From: Podarcis muralis | Taxonomy: Eukaryota | Reading direction: 5' to 3' | Length of the DNA: 64,000 nucleotides | NCBI RefSeq assembly: GCF_964188315.1 | Contig: NC_135655.1 | Span: forward strand, 78,926,001 to 78,990,000 | Shown: one piece after another, positions 27,001 through 39,000 of the stretch | Layout: every line of letters begins with the position of its first letter | Position numbering within the stretch: the stretch's first letter is position 1 | Translations under genes and position numbers: made by a program | The notes under the pieces: generated by a model | Seen by the model: the letters and a program-made list of their open reading frames with translations, nothing else | Database searches by the model: none | What the model was told of the DNA's origin: nothing

Positions 27001-30000
27001 TTACAAGACATTGTAACATACAATGTCAGACATACAATGTTACAAGACAACCTTCACTAGATGAAATAGAACATGGAAAGGCACACACCACTCTCCTTGC
27101 AGAGAACAAAGAGGAATTCCGCAGCACAGTGCTTGACATCAGTGTCAATGTGAGTCATGAGGCGCACAAGCTTATTTCTCAACAAGTTCCCCACCTCCGG
27201 TCTATTTTTCACATCCCGCAGTGGAGGGAGTACCTGCAATTCCATGGAAAGGGAAGAGTTATTTTAAAAGGCCTTCCTATTACGTTGGTAAGTATTGCTC
27301 CAAAAGTGCCACTACATCTTTGCAGAAACCATCATGGTGACTTTTGCAACTTTTACATTAGGCAGACATGTGCCCACTCACACTCATATAGCAAGAGAGC
27401 ACACAACTTCAAGGCATTTTTCAAAACAATAGGATCACACACAATCTTGGGAAACAATTTCAGTCTTTCTGCAGTATATATTTCCAGAATGATGGCACGG
27501 GTGGGGCTTGCCTTACATTTTTGCTGGATCAATGGAAGCATTACTGCTTAGGATCCTACATAATTTAAATACAGTACCTTAGCTTTAAGGAATTTCCTGG
27601 TCTGTCGATGGGCTCGAGCACTCTCAGTCAGCAAGTTCAGCACAGGGGTCAGGCTCTCCTTAAGCTTGTGACCCTATAGAAGAGCCCACAAAAAAGAAGG
27701 TAATAATAATAATCACAGCCATGTCGTTTCCCATATAGGGAAAAAATACCGTATTTTTCGCACCATAGGAAGCACTTTTTCCCTCCTAAAAAGCAAGGGA
27801 AAATGTGTGTGCGTCCTATGGAGCGAATGCAGGCTTTCGCTGAAGCCTGGAGAGTGAGAGGGGTCGGTGCGCACGGACCCCTCTCGCTCTCCAGGCTTCA
27901 GGAAGCTATCCGCTAGCCGTGGGAGACCCAGTTAGCGGAGACCTTGCCGGCACCCAGAAGCTTGGGGCGCGCTGAGCTCTGCACGCCCCAAGTTTCGGGA
28001 TTAGCGCTCCGCTACCCGTGTCTAGGCTGCGGATAGCAGCCTGCTTCCCTGAGCGTCGGGCACCCTGAAAGCAGAGCGCCCGGCGCTTCGGGAACACACC
28101 CGCAGCGTGGAGAGCCTTGCAGGAGTTCCCCGCAAGGCTCCCCACGCTGCGGATAGCAGCCTGCTTCCCGGAGCGTCGGGCGCCCTGAAAGCAGAGCGCC
28201 CGCGCTTCGGGAACACACCCGCAGCGTGGAGAGCCTTGCAGGAGTTCCCCGCAAGGCTCCCCACGCTGCGGATAGCAGCCTGCTTCCCGGAGCGTCGGGC
28301 GCCCTGAAAGCAGAGCGCCCGCGCTTCGGGAACACACCCGCAGCGTGGAGAGCCTTGCAGGAGTTCCCCGCAAGGCTCCCCACGCTGCGGATAGCAGCCT
28401 GCCGCCCGGCGCAAGGGGCGCCCTGAAGCAGAGCGCCCCTCGCGCCAGGCATACATCCGCAGCGTGGAGAGCCCTGCAGCAGTTCCCCGCAAGGCTCCCC
28501 AAGCTGCGGACAGCAGCCTGCTTCCCGGAGCGTCGGGCGCCCTGAAATCAGAGCGCCCGGCGCTTCGGGAAGACATCCGCTGCGTGGAGAGCCTTGCAGG
28601 AGTTCCCCGCAAGGCTCCCCACGCTGCGGATAGCAGCCTGCTTCCCGGAGCGTCAGGCGCCCTGAAAGCAGAGCGCCCGCGCTTCGGGAACACACCCGCA
28701 GCGTGGAGAGCCTTGCAGGAGTTCCCCGCAAGGCTCCCCACGCTGCGGATAGCAGCCTGCTTCCCGGAGCGTCAGGCGCCCTGAAAGCAGAGTGCCCGCG
28801 CTTCGGGAACACACCCGCAGCGTGGAGAGCCTTGCAGGAGTTCCCCGAAAGGCTCCCCACGCTGCGGATAGCAGCCTGCTTCCTGGAGCGTCGGGCGCCC
28901 TGAAAGCAGAGTGCCCGCGCTTCGGGAACACACCCGCAGCGTGGAGAGCCTTGCAGGAGTTCCCCGCAAGGCTCCCCACGCTGCGGATAGCAGCCTGCCG
29001 CCCGGCGTGAGGGGCGCCCTGAAGTAGAGCGCCCCTCGCGCCAGGCATACATCCGCAGCGTGGGGAGCCCTGCAGCAGTTCCCCGCAAGGCTCCCCAAGC
29101 TGCGGATAGCAGCCTGCCGCCCAGCGGGTGGGGCGCCCTGAAGCAGAGCGCCCCGCGCGCTAGGCAGACATCAGCCAGCCCCACAAGCTCGGGGGACAGC
29201 AGGGAGGCGCAGCGCCACTATCCCGCTGTTCCTCGACCTGGTTCGGTTTCCCTGACCTGCTTTTGGGGGGGAAATAAAGGGAAATTTTTTTTTCTTTATT
29301 TCTCCCCCAAAAAACTAGGTGCGTCCTATGGTCCGGTGCGTCCAATCGTGCGAAAAATACGGTACATCACAGTACAATTTTTTTATGGAAGGCTCTAAAA
29401 ACACTAGTTTCCTTTCTCTGAAACAGAGGAGGTAAATGGCAGCTCAGCTGCAGGCAACATCCTAGTAAATCATCAGGGTAGATCAGGCACCCCCAACCTT
29501 CGGCCCTCCAGATGTTTTGGACTACAATTCCCATCATCCCTGACCACTGGTCCTGTTAGCTAGGGATCATGGGAGTTGTAGGCCAAAACATCTGGAGGGC
29601 CGCAGGTTGGGGATGCCTGGAGTAGATCATAGGCGTAGCCAGAGGGGGGGGACAGCTGCCCTCCCCAATCAAGTAAATAAATAAATAGAAATACTTAACT
29701 AACTGACCAATTGCATCAAAGATATATCTGTTCTGCCCCCCCAACATATAGTCTCCCCCCCCCCAAAATAAATAAATCCTGGCTCCACCCACAGAGTAGA
29801 TATACCTTATAACTCATCCCTTTTCTCAGATGAAATTTTATGGTATAAGAAATTCAGGGTACCCACCAAAACCTGTAACACTCTGTAGTTCCCCTCTTCC
29901 TCTCTAAGAAATATTACAGTGTATTTCACTGGCTGCATGAAAAGAATCTGAAGTAAATGTGGGTGTGAGGCAATGAGGAACTTTTCACCCACCCTGTCAA

Positions 30001-33000
30001 GACGTCGGTCAAGGAAATCCAGCAGAACATTGACAGCATCCATGTTGACTCCCATATATTCAAGCGAGCCCGGGTGCACCTTGGGGGCCAGCAGGACATC
30101 CAGACACTTGAGAGGCAGATTGCCCAGAAGGTTGACTGTGTGGCTGGACATGCAATGCAAGACACAATATGCAAAGGAAGGAGCCTCCACATCAACAAGG
30201 AGCCATTTTGTTTTGTTGTTTAAAACCTGACAAAGATCTAGTTAATTTCCATTTTCAAGAACCACGGGAACAAGACCCAAAACTATCCTTTCCTTGGCAT
30301 CGTGACAAGACTATAAACACTCCTGAGAACATTTAACAAGAGGATTTACTTCTCCCATGTACTGCCTCAATTTTCCCTTCCCTTGCTGTTTTCTGATGTC
30401 CATTTTTAGATTATATCAAACTAATTCTTTATAAAGTGCCATGTACTATATCATCATCATCAATAACCAGTAGCCAGTGGCGGAGCAACATGCTGCAGCC
30501 CCCGGAGCGGAGAACAGGCGGGGGCGTGGCGCGTCGCCTGCGGGGGCGTGGTGCACATCCCAGGGTTGCGCGTCCCGGGGGCAGCCACGATGGCATCCAT
30601 TCCCCAAATGGTACCCAGTGCGGCACGCTCCCCCGCCCCCGTACGGCAGTGCAGGTAGCACTATATCAATCAGTATCAGCAACTAAAGTCCTTAGGTACT
30701 AACTGTGTCAATAGACCTGACCCCCAGATTCTTGAATACCCAAACTGTATGGCGGTCATGATAATGTTTTTTGTTTTCCCAGCCAAACCAAGTTTTTCAC
30801 CACGATAATCACCTGTGAAATTCTTCTGTCCGATCTTCACCATCTGCTGAAATCATCAGGCAGTGACGGAGGAGGGCACCCAGGCGTCGGTACAGAGCAG
30901 CATCTTCCTGGCCCCAAAACACAATGAAAAGCCTGATTATGAGAAAGGAACATATCTCTCTTGTGCACAGTCTGTTGTTTGCAAAAAGCTACGCTTTACA
31001 GTACGTTCTCAAAATGGAATGTAATTCTAGTCCAAAGAAAAACTGTGCCCAAGGAAACTAAAAATGTGTGTAGCTGAATTACCCTGCTCAGAATACAGCC
31101 CTTAACAGAGTTCCTGGCACCATTTTGTGGAGAAATGTGGGCATAGTAACCAAAGTAGGGCTGAATGAAGTAGTACGAGACTCCTTCATTCAGCATTTCT
31201 TTCTTCTCTTGACCCCTTAGCCTTCTCTCTGGGTGTCTTGATTATGCTCCCACAATTTTGTCTAAGCTGCATTCTTCCTTCTCTTTCCCCACAATGTAAA
31301 ATTATGCAAAACAACAATTAAATTAGGCAGCAAGAATATAACGGTTAAATTAAATTAATTCATACATACACAAACACGGCAAATTGCAATTTAAAAAAAT
31401 ATCCAGTCATGGAATTTGGATTGTCTGGTTACTGAATCTGGAATATTTTCTTAAGGCAGAACTCCAGATGCAAATATTGTTTCCCTACAGAGGTATCTAT
31501 ATTTCTTCTGCCACACTTTACCCTCTCTTCTGCTGCTTCATGTTTCATTTATTTATATTTTTAAAGGTTTATAAACTCACATCATAAAATATCAGAGCAG
31601 AATACATAAAACCCAAAGTAATTTTGTTGAGGATTTCTACAATCGAGCAGTATAATTTTGATGAAATAAATAAATAGTATAAAATAGACACCCAGAAATT
31701 ATATCCTTCACAGTCTCCCTGAGCTCACAGTTCATTACTAATCCAGAAAGTGAGAGAGACTCTGGATATTTTAAATAGCTTGATCTGCTAGGTTTTCATC
31801 CCGATTTAGTTAGTAAACAGACACTGGCAGTACCTTGCCAACACTGCTGCTTACACCTCAACACCCACAATGCTAGGCTTTCTTTCTTGAGTTGCCATGC
31901 ATTGCTGAAAAATAGATTCCACCAGATTGTAATATATCTGATTTTACCATGTTTTAGAACAGGTCTGTGGAAGCAAACATAACATAATTTTAGAAATGAA
32001 TGTTTTCATTCATTTAGCCTTTCTTTTTTATTGGCTTCGAGTGTGCAGGAATTTGTGCTTTTGTATGTTGATAAATAGGCCTGTTTATAACAACAATCAG
32101 CCAGTGGGAATGAGCAGAATTGACCAAATATGTAGTATTTGGCGCTCCCAGAGAACAAGTCAGAAATGCAGGGGGGTGGGGTGAACTAAGTCAGGCAACT
32201 TGCCCCCTTCCTTTCTTAAATGGTGTCTATAAGCACAGGAATCATGGATGAAAGAAACAGATACATAAAAACAGAAATACATCACAAAATTGAGCTACCA
32301 AAAGCTCTCTCTGAGTGTCCTACCTCATCTACCTCCCTCTTGCTGGTGTCAAATGTGATATTGAAGAGCACTTTCAGGATCTCCATGGCACGCTCCACCT
32401 CCTGCCGAGGTAAAGGAGCAGAAGGATTCCCCTCAGCAGCTACCTCGTGAGGGTCTAGCCACTTGACTCCCAGGGTCAGTTCCAAGGTATCTGTCATCAG
32501 ACCGATACCCCGGAGTTCCTGCGCAAGCTGCTGCCGGATGTCCACCCTCAATGCCGTCAGCAAGAAGAGAAGGCGCAAGTCAAAGAACTTTATATCATGC
32601 GGGAGGTTTCTCTCGTTGTAGAGTTTGATGCGGTCTGTGAGGCCCACCACGAACCGGGCTTCGGAGGTCAGCTCCTGAGCCCGGGGACTGCTGAAGACAA
32701 TGTTGCAGAGACACTTCAGCGCCTCCAGGATCACTTCAAGGTCTGGAACCTCCAGAATCTGCTCTTCTGCGTAATCAATCCCCGCGTGCCTGGCCAGCGT
32801 CTTCAGGCCTTCCATGGTTGTGAAAGGGCCAAGGCAGCTTTTGTCTCGGGACAGGATCCGTATGCTTTCCAAACAGGTGACCTGGCAGGATGGCTGCAGC
32901 ACCCTCTCCAGAAACTTGATCAGAAGCGCAGCCAGTTTCTGAAGCATTACAGAGGTGGGGGGTGGGAGAAGAAAACGAGTAGTGAAGCAATAAACGTCTA

Positions 33001-36000
33001 TGTGAAGAAAGAAAAGTATGTCTGCGCTAGTGGATTGCACAGGTTCAACGAGCTACGTTGTACCTCAAACCTGCACAACCCATCCAGTGCCTCGGGTCAT
33101 ATCCATCTTGGTCAGTCACTGCCAGTTTCGACCCCATTAGTACATCTGTGACACATGTTAATATACTGTACCACTTATTATTTGACTGTAGAACAGTTTA
33201 TAATTTTTAAATAAATAAATATAGTTAAAATAAATGAGGCTTTTTTGCCTAAATGTGCACTGCTCTACACTTGCTTATATTGGGCAGGTTAAAAATTTAA
33301 TAATAAAAACAGCAGCAGCAGCAGCAACTGCATTTGCAATTTTAATGACAAGTTCCCTGCAATTTGCAGATATGCCTTTGGGACTCCTCTCAAAACCTCT
33401 GGCATTGGTGGCAACATTCTAACTCTAGGTTATTAATGAGCAAGTTTAAAAAAGCAGGTTTAAAAATGATCCTTAAGAGGATTCCACTTTCTATACACAC
33501 ACCCTCATTGGTTTTACAACAACAACAACAACAATTTCCTTTATTCACCCGATGGTCATTGGTTTTAGTGATATGTAGTTTTTTGCTTTCTGCAGGCCAC
33601 AATAAAGCAGCAAAATGATGCAAAAGTGAGTGGAGGAGTGCCATGGTGGACCTTCAGTGAAAACAGATACAGTATTTAAAGATAGGCACATTTGTAGTTT
33701 CATAGGTTTCCTCTCTTTCTCTCTCTCGTCTTCTCTTTGTATCCTTTTATTCTGCAACATGTAAGGTAAAGGGACCCCTGACCATTAGGTCCAGTCACGG
33801 ACGACTCTGGGGTTGCAGCGCTCATCTTGCTTTACTGGCTCAGGGAGCTGGCGTACAGCTTCCAGGTCATGTGGCCAGCATGACTAAGCCGCTTCTGGCG
33901 AACCAAAGCAGCACACGGAAATGCCGTTTACCTTCCTGCCAGAGTGGTTCCTATTTATCTACTTGCACTTTCATGCTTTCGAACTGCTAGGTTGACAGGA
34001 GCAGGGACCGAGCAACAGGACCTCAACCCGTCGCGAGGGATTCTAACAACCGACCTTCTGATCGGCAAGCCCTAGGCTCTGTGGTTTAACCCACAGCGCC
34101 ACCTGCGTCCCTTTCCGAAGCAGGCTATGGGTCAATTTAATCCAAATTCAGTAAAGGTACAGAGGTGTATCTATTTTTGGAGCATTATCAGCACTTGTTT
34201 AAATGCCTTTTTAACTGATGCTAGTGAACAGGACTGCTTATGCAAAGAACTATTGTTCTCCTCAAAGACTGGTGGCTTATTTCTGTCAGAGTTCAAATCC
34301 AGAGAAGAGAAACTGAAAACAGCTGCGGGGTGGGGTGGGAGAAGAGAACAAGTCACAGTAGCTTTCTGCCCTGGAAGTGAATGCAATAAAGATATCTGCA
34401 TAGTCACTGTATGCAGTTACATCTTGGATGATCCCCCTTTTCTTTCTGCAATTTGGCTATGCAGTAAAACTCAAGGAAGCTTCCTTGAACAGATAAAATT
34501 ATACTAGCTGGTGCACCTACTGAAAATGTGCCTGCCAATGTATGACCCTATTTATTAAATTTATATCATGCCTTTCCACATAATGACGCCCAAGTTGCCC
34601 AATATCAAGTAAAATAAAAATACAACATAAAATAATCCCATACACATAAAATACTACCTATAAAGCAAGCAGGTAAAAAACATGTCAATAAAACTGCCAG
34701 TTAAAAACGGTACTTTTTATTATCTAAAATAGTTAAATAAATATTTAATAATCAAATATTTACCTATCTATCATAATAGTATTAATAAGATTGGTTATAC
34801 TTATCATTAGTAATTGTTCATATTATTTTAACAGTTAAATAAAAGTTAACTATTATTTTAAATAGACCTTTTAGACCTATATCAACAGGAATGCTTATAT
34901 ATAAGGATCTCAAACACTACAGCTTTACAGGAGTTATGGTTTGATGTAATTGGCTTAGCACTGCTGCCTCATCAAGGAAACTTCATGAGGGAACTGAGCT
35001 CCCATTATTTATTGTGACTGTGCCTCCTCATAGAAAGGCCTTTCTGTATAAGCACCTCACACAACTACTAGTCAAGTAGATTATTTGCTACTCATCTCAC
35101 GGCTCCAAGACTGGGGTGGGGGGTGGGGTTAACAAAAGAAATGGGACCTGAATGCAACAGGTGCCTCGCTATCAAACTGTACTCTGCTTCTTACCCAGCA
35201 TGTGGTTTTATGAGGCAGCACCATCAGCCACCCTCTAGCTGCTACCAGCATGATTTCATACTTCTTGAGGACCATAATATACATGAAGCATGCTTTTGAA
35301 CTAGACACTTTTGTTCAGAAGGAAAAGCTTCCATGCATGTAGGAGGAATTCAGTGCTTTCAATGTCTAGGGCAAGTCACCATCTCACAGCCTCAGTGATC
35401 CTGATGGAGTAAGCAAAATAAGAAAATAAGTACTTACCCTCCTTTCTTCCTGTTCCTCATCTTCAAAAGTGAAACACTGTGATTTCTGAGAATGAAACAG
35501 AGACAACAGATATGTACTAGGAAAATAAACTTACTCTAAAAGCGCAAAAGGAATTTTAAAGTGATAATCAACTGATTTCTTCTGAACACCTACAGCATGC
35601 AACTCCAGTGAACACTATAAAGCAGTGAGAAGTTAAGCAAGAAACATGCTTAAACTGATAAATTCATACTGAGGAGCATATGAAAGCTATGATACAGTGG
35701 TACCTCAGGTTACAGACGCTTCAGGTTACAGACTCCGCTAACCCAGAAATAGTACCTCGGGTTAAGAACTTTGCTTCAGGAAGAGAATAGAAATCATGCT
35801 CCAGTGGTGTGGCGGAAGCGAGAGGCCCCATTAGCTAAAGTGGTGCTTCAGGTTAAGAACAGATTCAGGTTAAGAACGGACCTCCAGAATGAATTAAGTT
35901 CTTAACCCGAGGTACCACTGTATAAGGAAACTGTGCAGCTCTGAACAATTCTACTGTTTCATATAAGGCTATGCTGAAGAAAACATCAAAAGATACATAG

Positions 36001-39000
36001 GATGCAATTCTGAAGTAATATAAGATGCAGAGCAAAGCAAATTTGGGGTGCAGTCCTTAAAGTACTTGCATCTGGAAAGCCTTTTGAAGCCATTGAGGAT
36101 GTGCTCAACAGAATCATTTGAACAACACACACAAAAAAACAACAACCGAGAAAATGACAATCTAATTAGTTTCTCTTGACTTTGGAACAAGAAGTTTCAA
36201 TACATTATTGCAGCCAATTTTTATTTGAGTAAAAATTCTTATGAGTCTACAACATGGAAGATGGAAGAGCAAATTTTCTATAATTCTCCCTTCCTGCTGC
36301 AACCCCCTGCACTCTTTCTCATGCTTCTCTGGAGAGTCTTCCAACCTTCTAGAGCAGATTTTGTACGGCATAAGGGACTGCAGGGGGAAAGTGAGGAAAG
36401 TTCCATTGCCCATTCATGAGATGCGCCTGCCAGCAAAAGAGGAACTCTGCTCAAGGGATGCTCCCACAAACAAGCCTAGTTATGATCCAAGTTTTTGTTT
36501 TTGGAATGTGTATATATGTCACTTATGCAAATCCCTAGCTAGCCACTACTGATCATATTGTTCAAAAGCATGTTACATGATTTGTTTCATCACAAGGAGC
36601 TTAATAAACTAGAATGTACAGAACCTAGCATGTTAGGAGTGCCCAGTAAGGGTCACTTTAATCCTACACAGAATTAGAGACACTGGGCACTGAAAATATC
36701 TAGAGTCCATTTTTAAAGTATGCTATGCATACTTAAAAAGTTGGAAACTTTGAATTAAATTCATAGGGTCATTTCAAAGCATACCTATTCAGTCTTGAGG
36801 TACCAGGATACCGAGACATCCAAACATCAGCAAAAGATTAATTGTTATGCTAAGGCAAGTAGACAGCTGCCCATTCATCTCATACCACTATGTTTTTTTC
36901 CTTCCATTTACACTGTATGAATCTAAAATCTTTAATTCAGTCCTACACTCTCCACATCTTGTTCTACTGAAATTAACTGTCCTGAGATAACCTTACAATC
37001 ATTTTAAGTGAGGGTAGATAGTGACATTTTTTCCACAATGAAGTGGTAGGGGAGCACACAGGGCTCTAACCTGAATTGTCAACTACCACTCAAAAGATTA
37101 CCGTATTTTTCGCTCTATAACACGCACCTGACCATAACACGCACATCGTTTTTAGAGGAGGAAAACAAGGGAAAAAACATTCTGAATGAAACAGTGGATG
37201 TATCATTTTTGTGCTTCATGCTGTGGCCACAGACATGTGATCTGATGGTGAATTTGGGGTGACCCAATGCAAAAATCCTGAGAATCCCTGTGGATCCATG
37301 CTTTGTAACCACGTTTTTGCACCATTGCAGCCCCAGGCAACAGTGGGTGCGTGATTTTTTTGGTGCAGGCTGTAGCCATGGACATGCTATGTGATCTGAT
37401 GGTGAATTTGGGGTGACCCAATGCAAAGATCCTGAGGATCCATGTTGATCTATGCTTTGTAACCACATTTTAAGTGGGGAGCGAAGGAAAAACAAAGAAG
37501 GGACATGAGAGGGGTGTGCAGAGAAGCAGCTGGCTAAGAATGCTGGAGAGGGATTTAACGGGTGGGAGGAAATAAAGGCAAAAGNNNNNNNNNNNNNNNN
37601 NNNNNNNNNNNNNNNNNNNNNNNNNNNNNNNNNNNNNNNNNNNNNNNNNNNNNNNNNNNNNNNNNNNNNNNNNNNNNNNNNNNNNNNNNNNNNNNNNNNN
37701 NNNNNNNNNNNNNNNNNNNNNNNNNNNNNNNNNNNNNNNNNTCCCCCAGCAGCACCGGAGCACAGAGAGGAATTAGAAAGAACGACACTCTGCTTGCCTG
37801 GAGGGGAGGGGCTTTCCCTGCTCTTTGTTCCGTTTCAGCAATCACAGCAACGAAACAGAGGAGGGTGGGCAGTAAGACCCTGAGGCAGAATGCAGGAAAG
37901 CTGCCACTTCCTCTTTTCAGGTTTCCCTTCTCCGTGACTCGCGATTTGACTTTTGCTTGATTTTTTGGCTCCAGGGACCACACATTCGCTCTATAACACG
38001 CACAGACATTTCCCCTTCCTTTTTAGGAGAAAAAATCTGCGTGTTATAGAGGGAAAAATACGGTACTAATTTCAAGGGCAATCCTCAGTACAACACAGTT
38101 CACACAGCCCAGCCAGCTTTCCTGAAGGAAGAATACATGGGAAACTGTAAATAAGGACCCAAAATTCGAGTCCATTTGCTTTTTAAAGTCTTCTAGATTC
38201 TTTTTAAATTTTATACTACTTTGTAAACATTTCATAATCACAATGTATTTTATTTTTTTAGCAGATTCATTTTTGCTATGTATGAAGATGATTCTCAAAC
38301 AGACACAGGTAAATCACTATTGACAGGTCTTGTTGACACTCATCTATGCACATTCCAAAATCATGTTCACCTCTCTCTCATTGCTATCATATAGAAATGA
38401 AATGGAATACTAAGATTCCAAATTTAGGAATGATTTAACAATGCATTTTGGCTATATGAAGAGGATTTCTTTAATGGTCAGGAGGCCTTATGCTTCAGAT
38501 CTTGCAATATGTTTTATTAGCAGCAATGGTTTCTGAAACTCTGTTCTATGGTACTCTGTGCTTCCTTGAAAACCTATCAAGGGATCCACAACAGTTTTAA
38601 TTTATTAGATATGTATTTCACTTTTGGCTTGGAGTCCTCAGAGTGGCTCACATTCCACGTGGGAAGATACGGGGAGGGGGGAGGATGAAGAATAACATTA
38701 TCAATGAGAATACAGTGGTATCTCTGGTTATGAACTTAATTTGTTCCGGAGGTCCGTTCTTAACCTGAAACTGTTCTTAACCTGAGGTACCACTTAAGCT
38801 AATGGGGCCTCCCACAGACCCGCTGCCACTGCGCCACCGGCACGCGATTTCTGTTCTCATCCTGGGGCAAAGTTCTTAACCCGAGGTACTACTGTCCTAC
38901 TTCCGGGTTAGTAGAGTCTGTAACCCGAAGTGCTTGTAACCCAAGGTGTTTGTAACCTTAGGTACCACTGTATTGGTAATGATGGGCAAGCTTCTCTGAA

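Noticed and set aside
26868-27551. 227-aa plus-strand ORF
   Set aside because: Antisense to a RIC8A exon and introns, non-ATG start, no domain.
28024-29170. CRISPR-like appearance of palindromic repeats
   Set aside because: No unique spacers, eukaryotic intron, no cas genes; bounded by transposon TIRs.
28012-29184. 390-aa and other repetitive ORFs
   Set aside because: Translations of the 119/120-bp tandem array; the period is mostly not a multiple of 3 and all frames are open.
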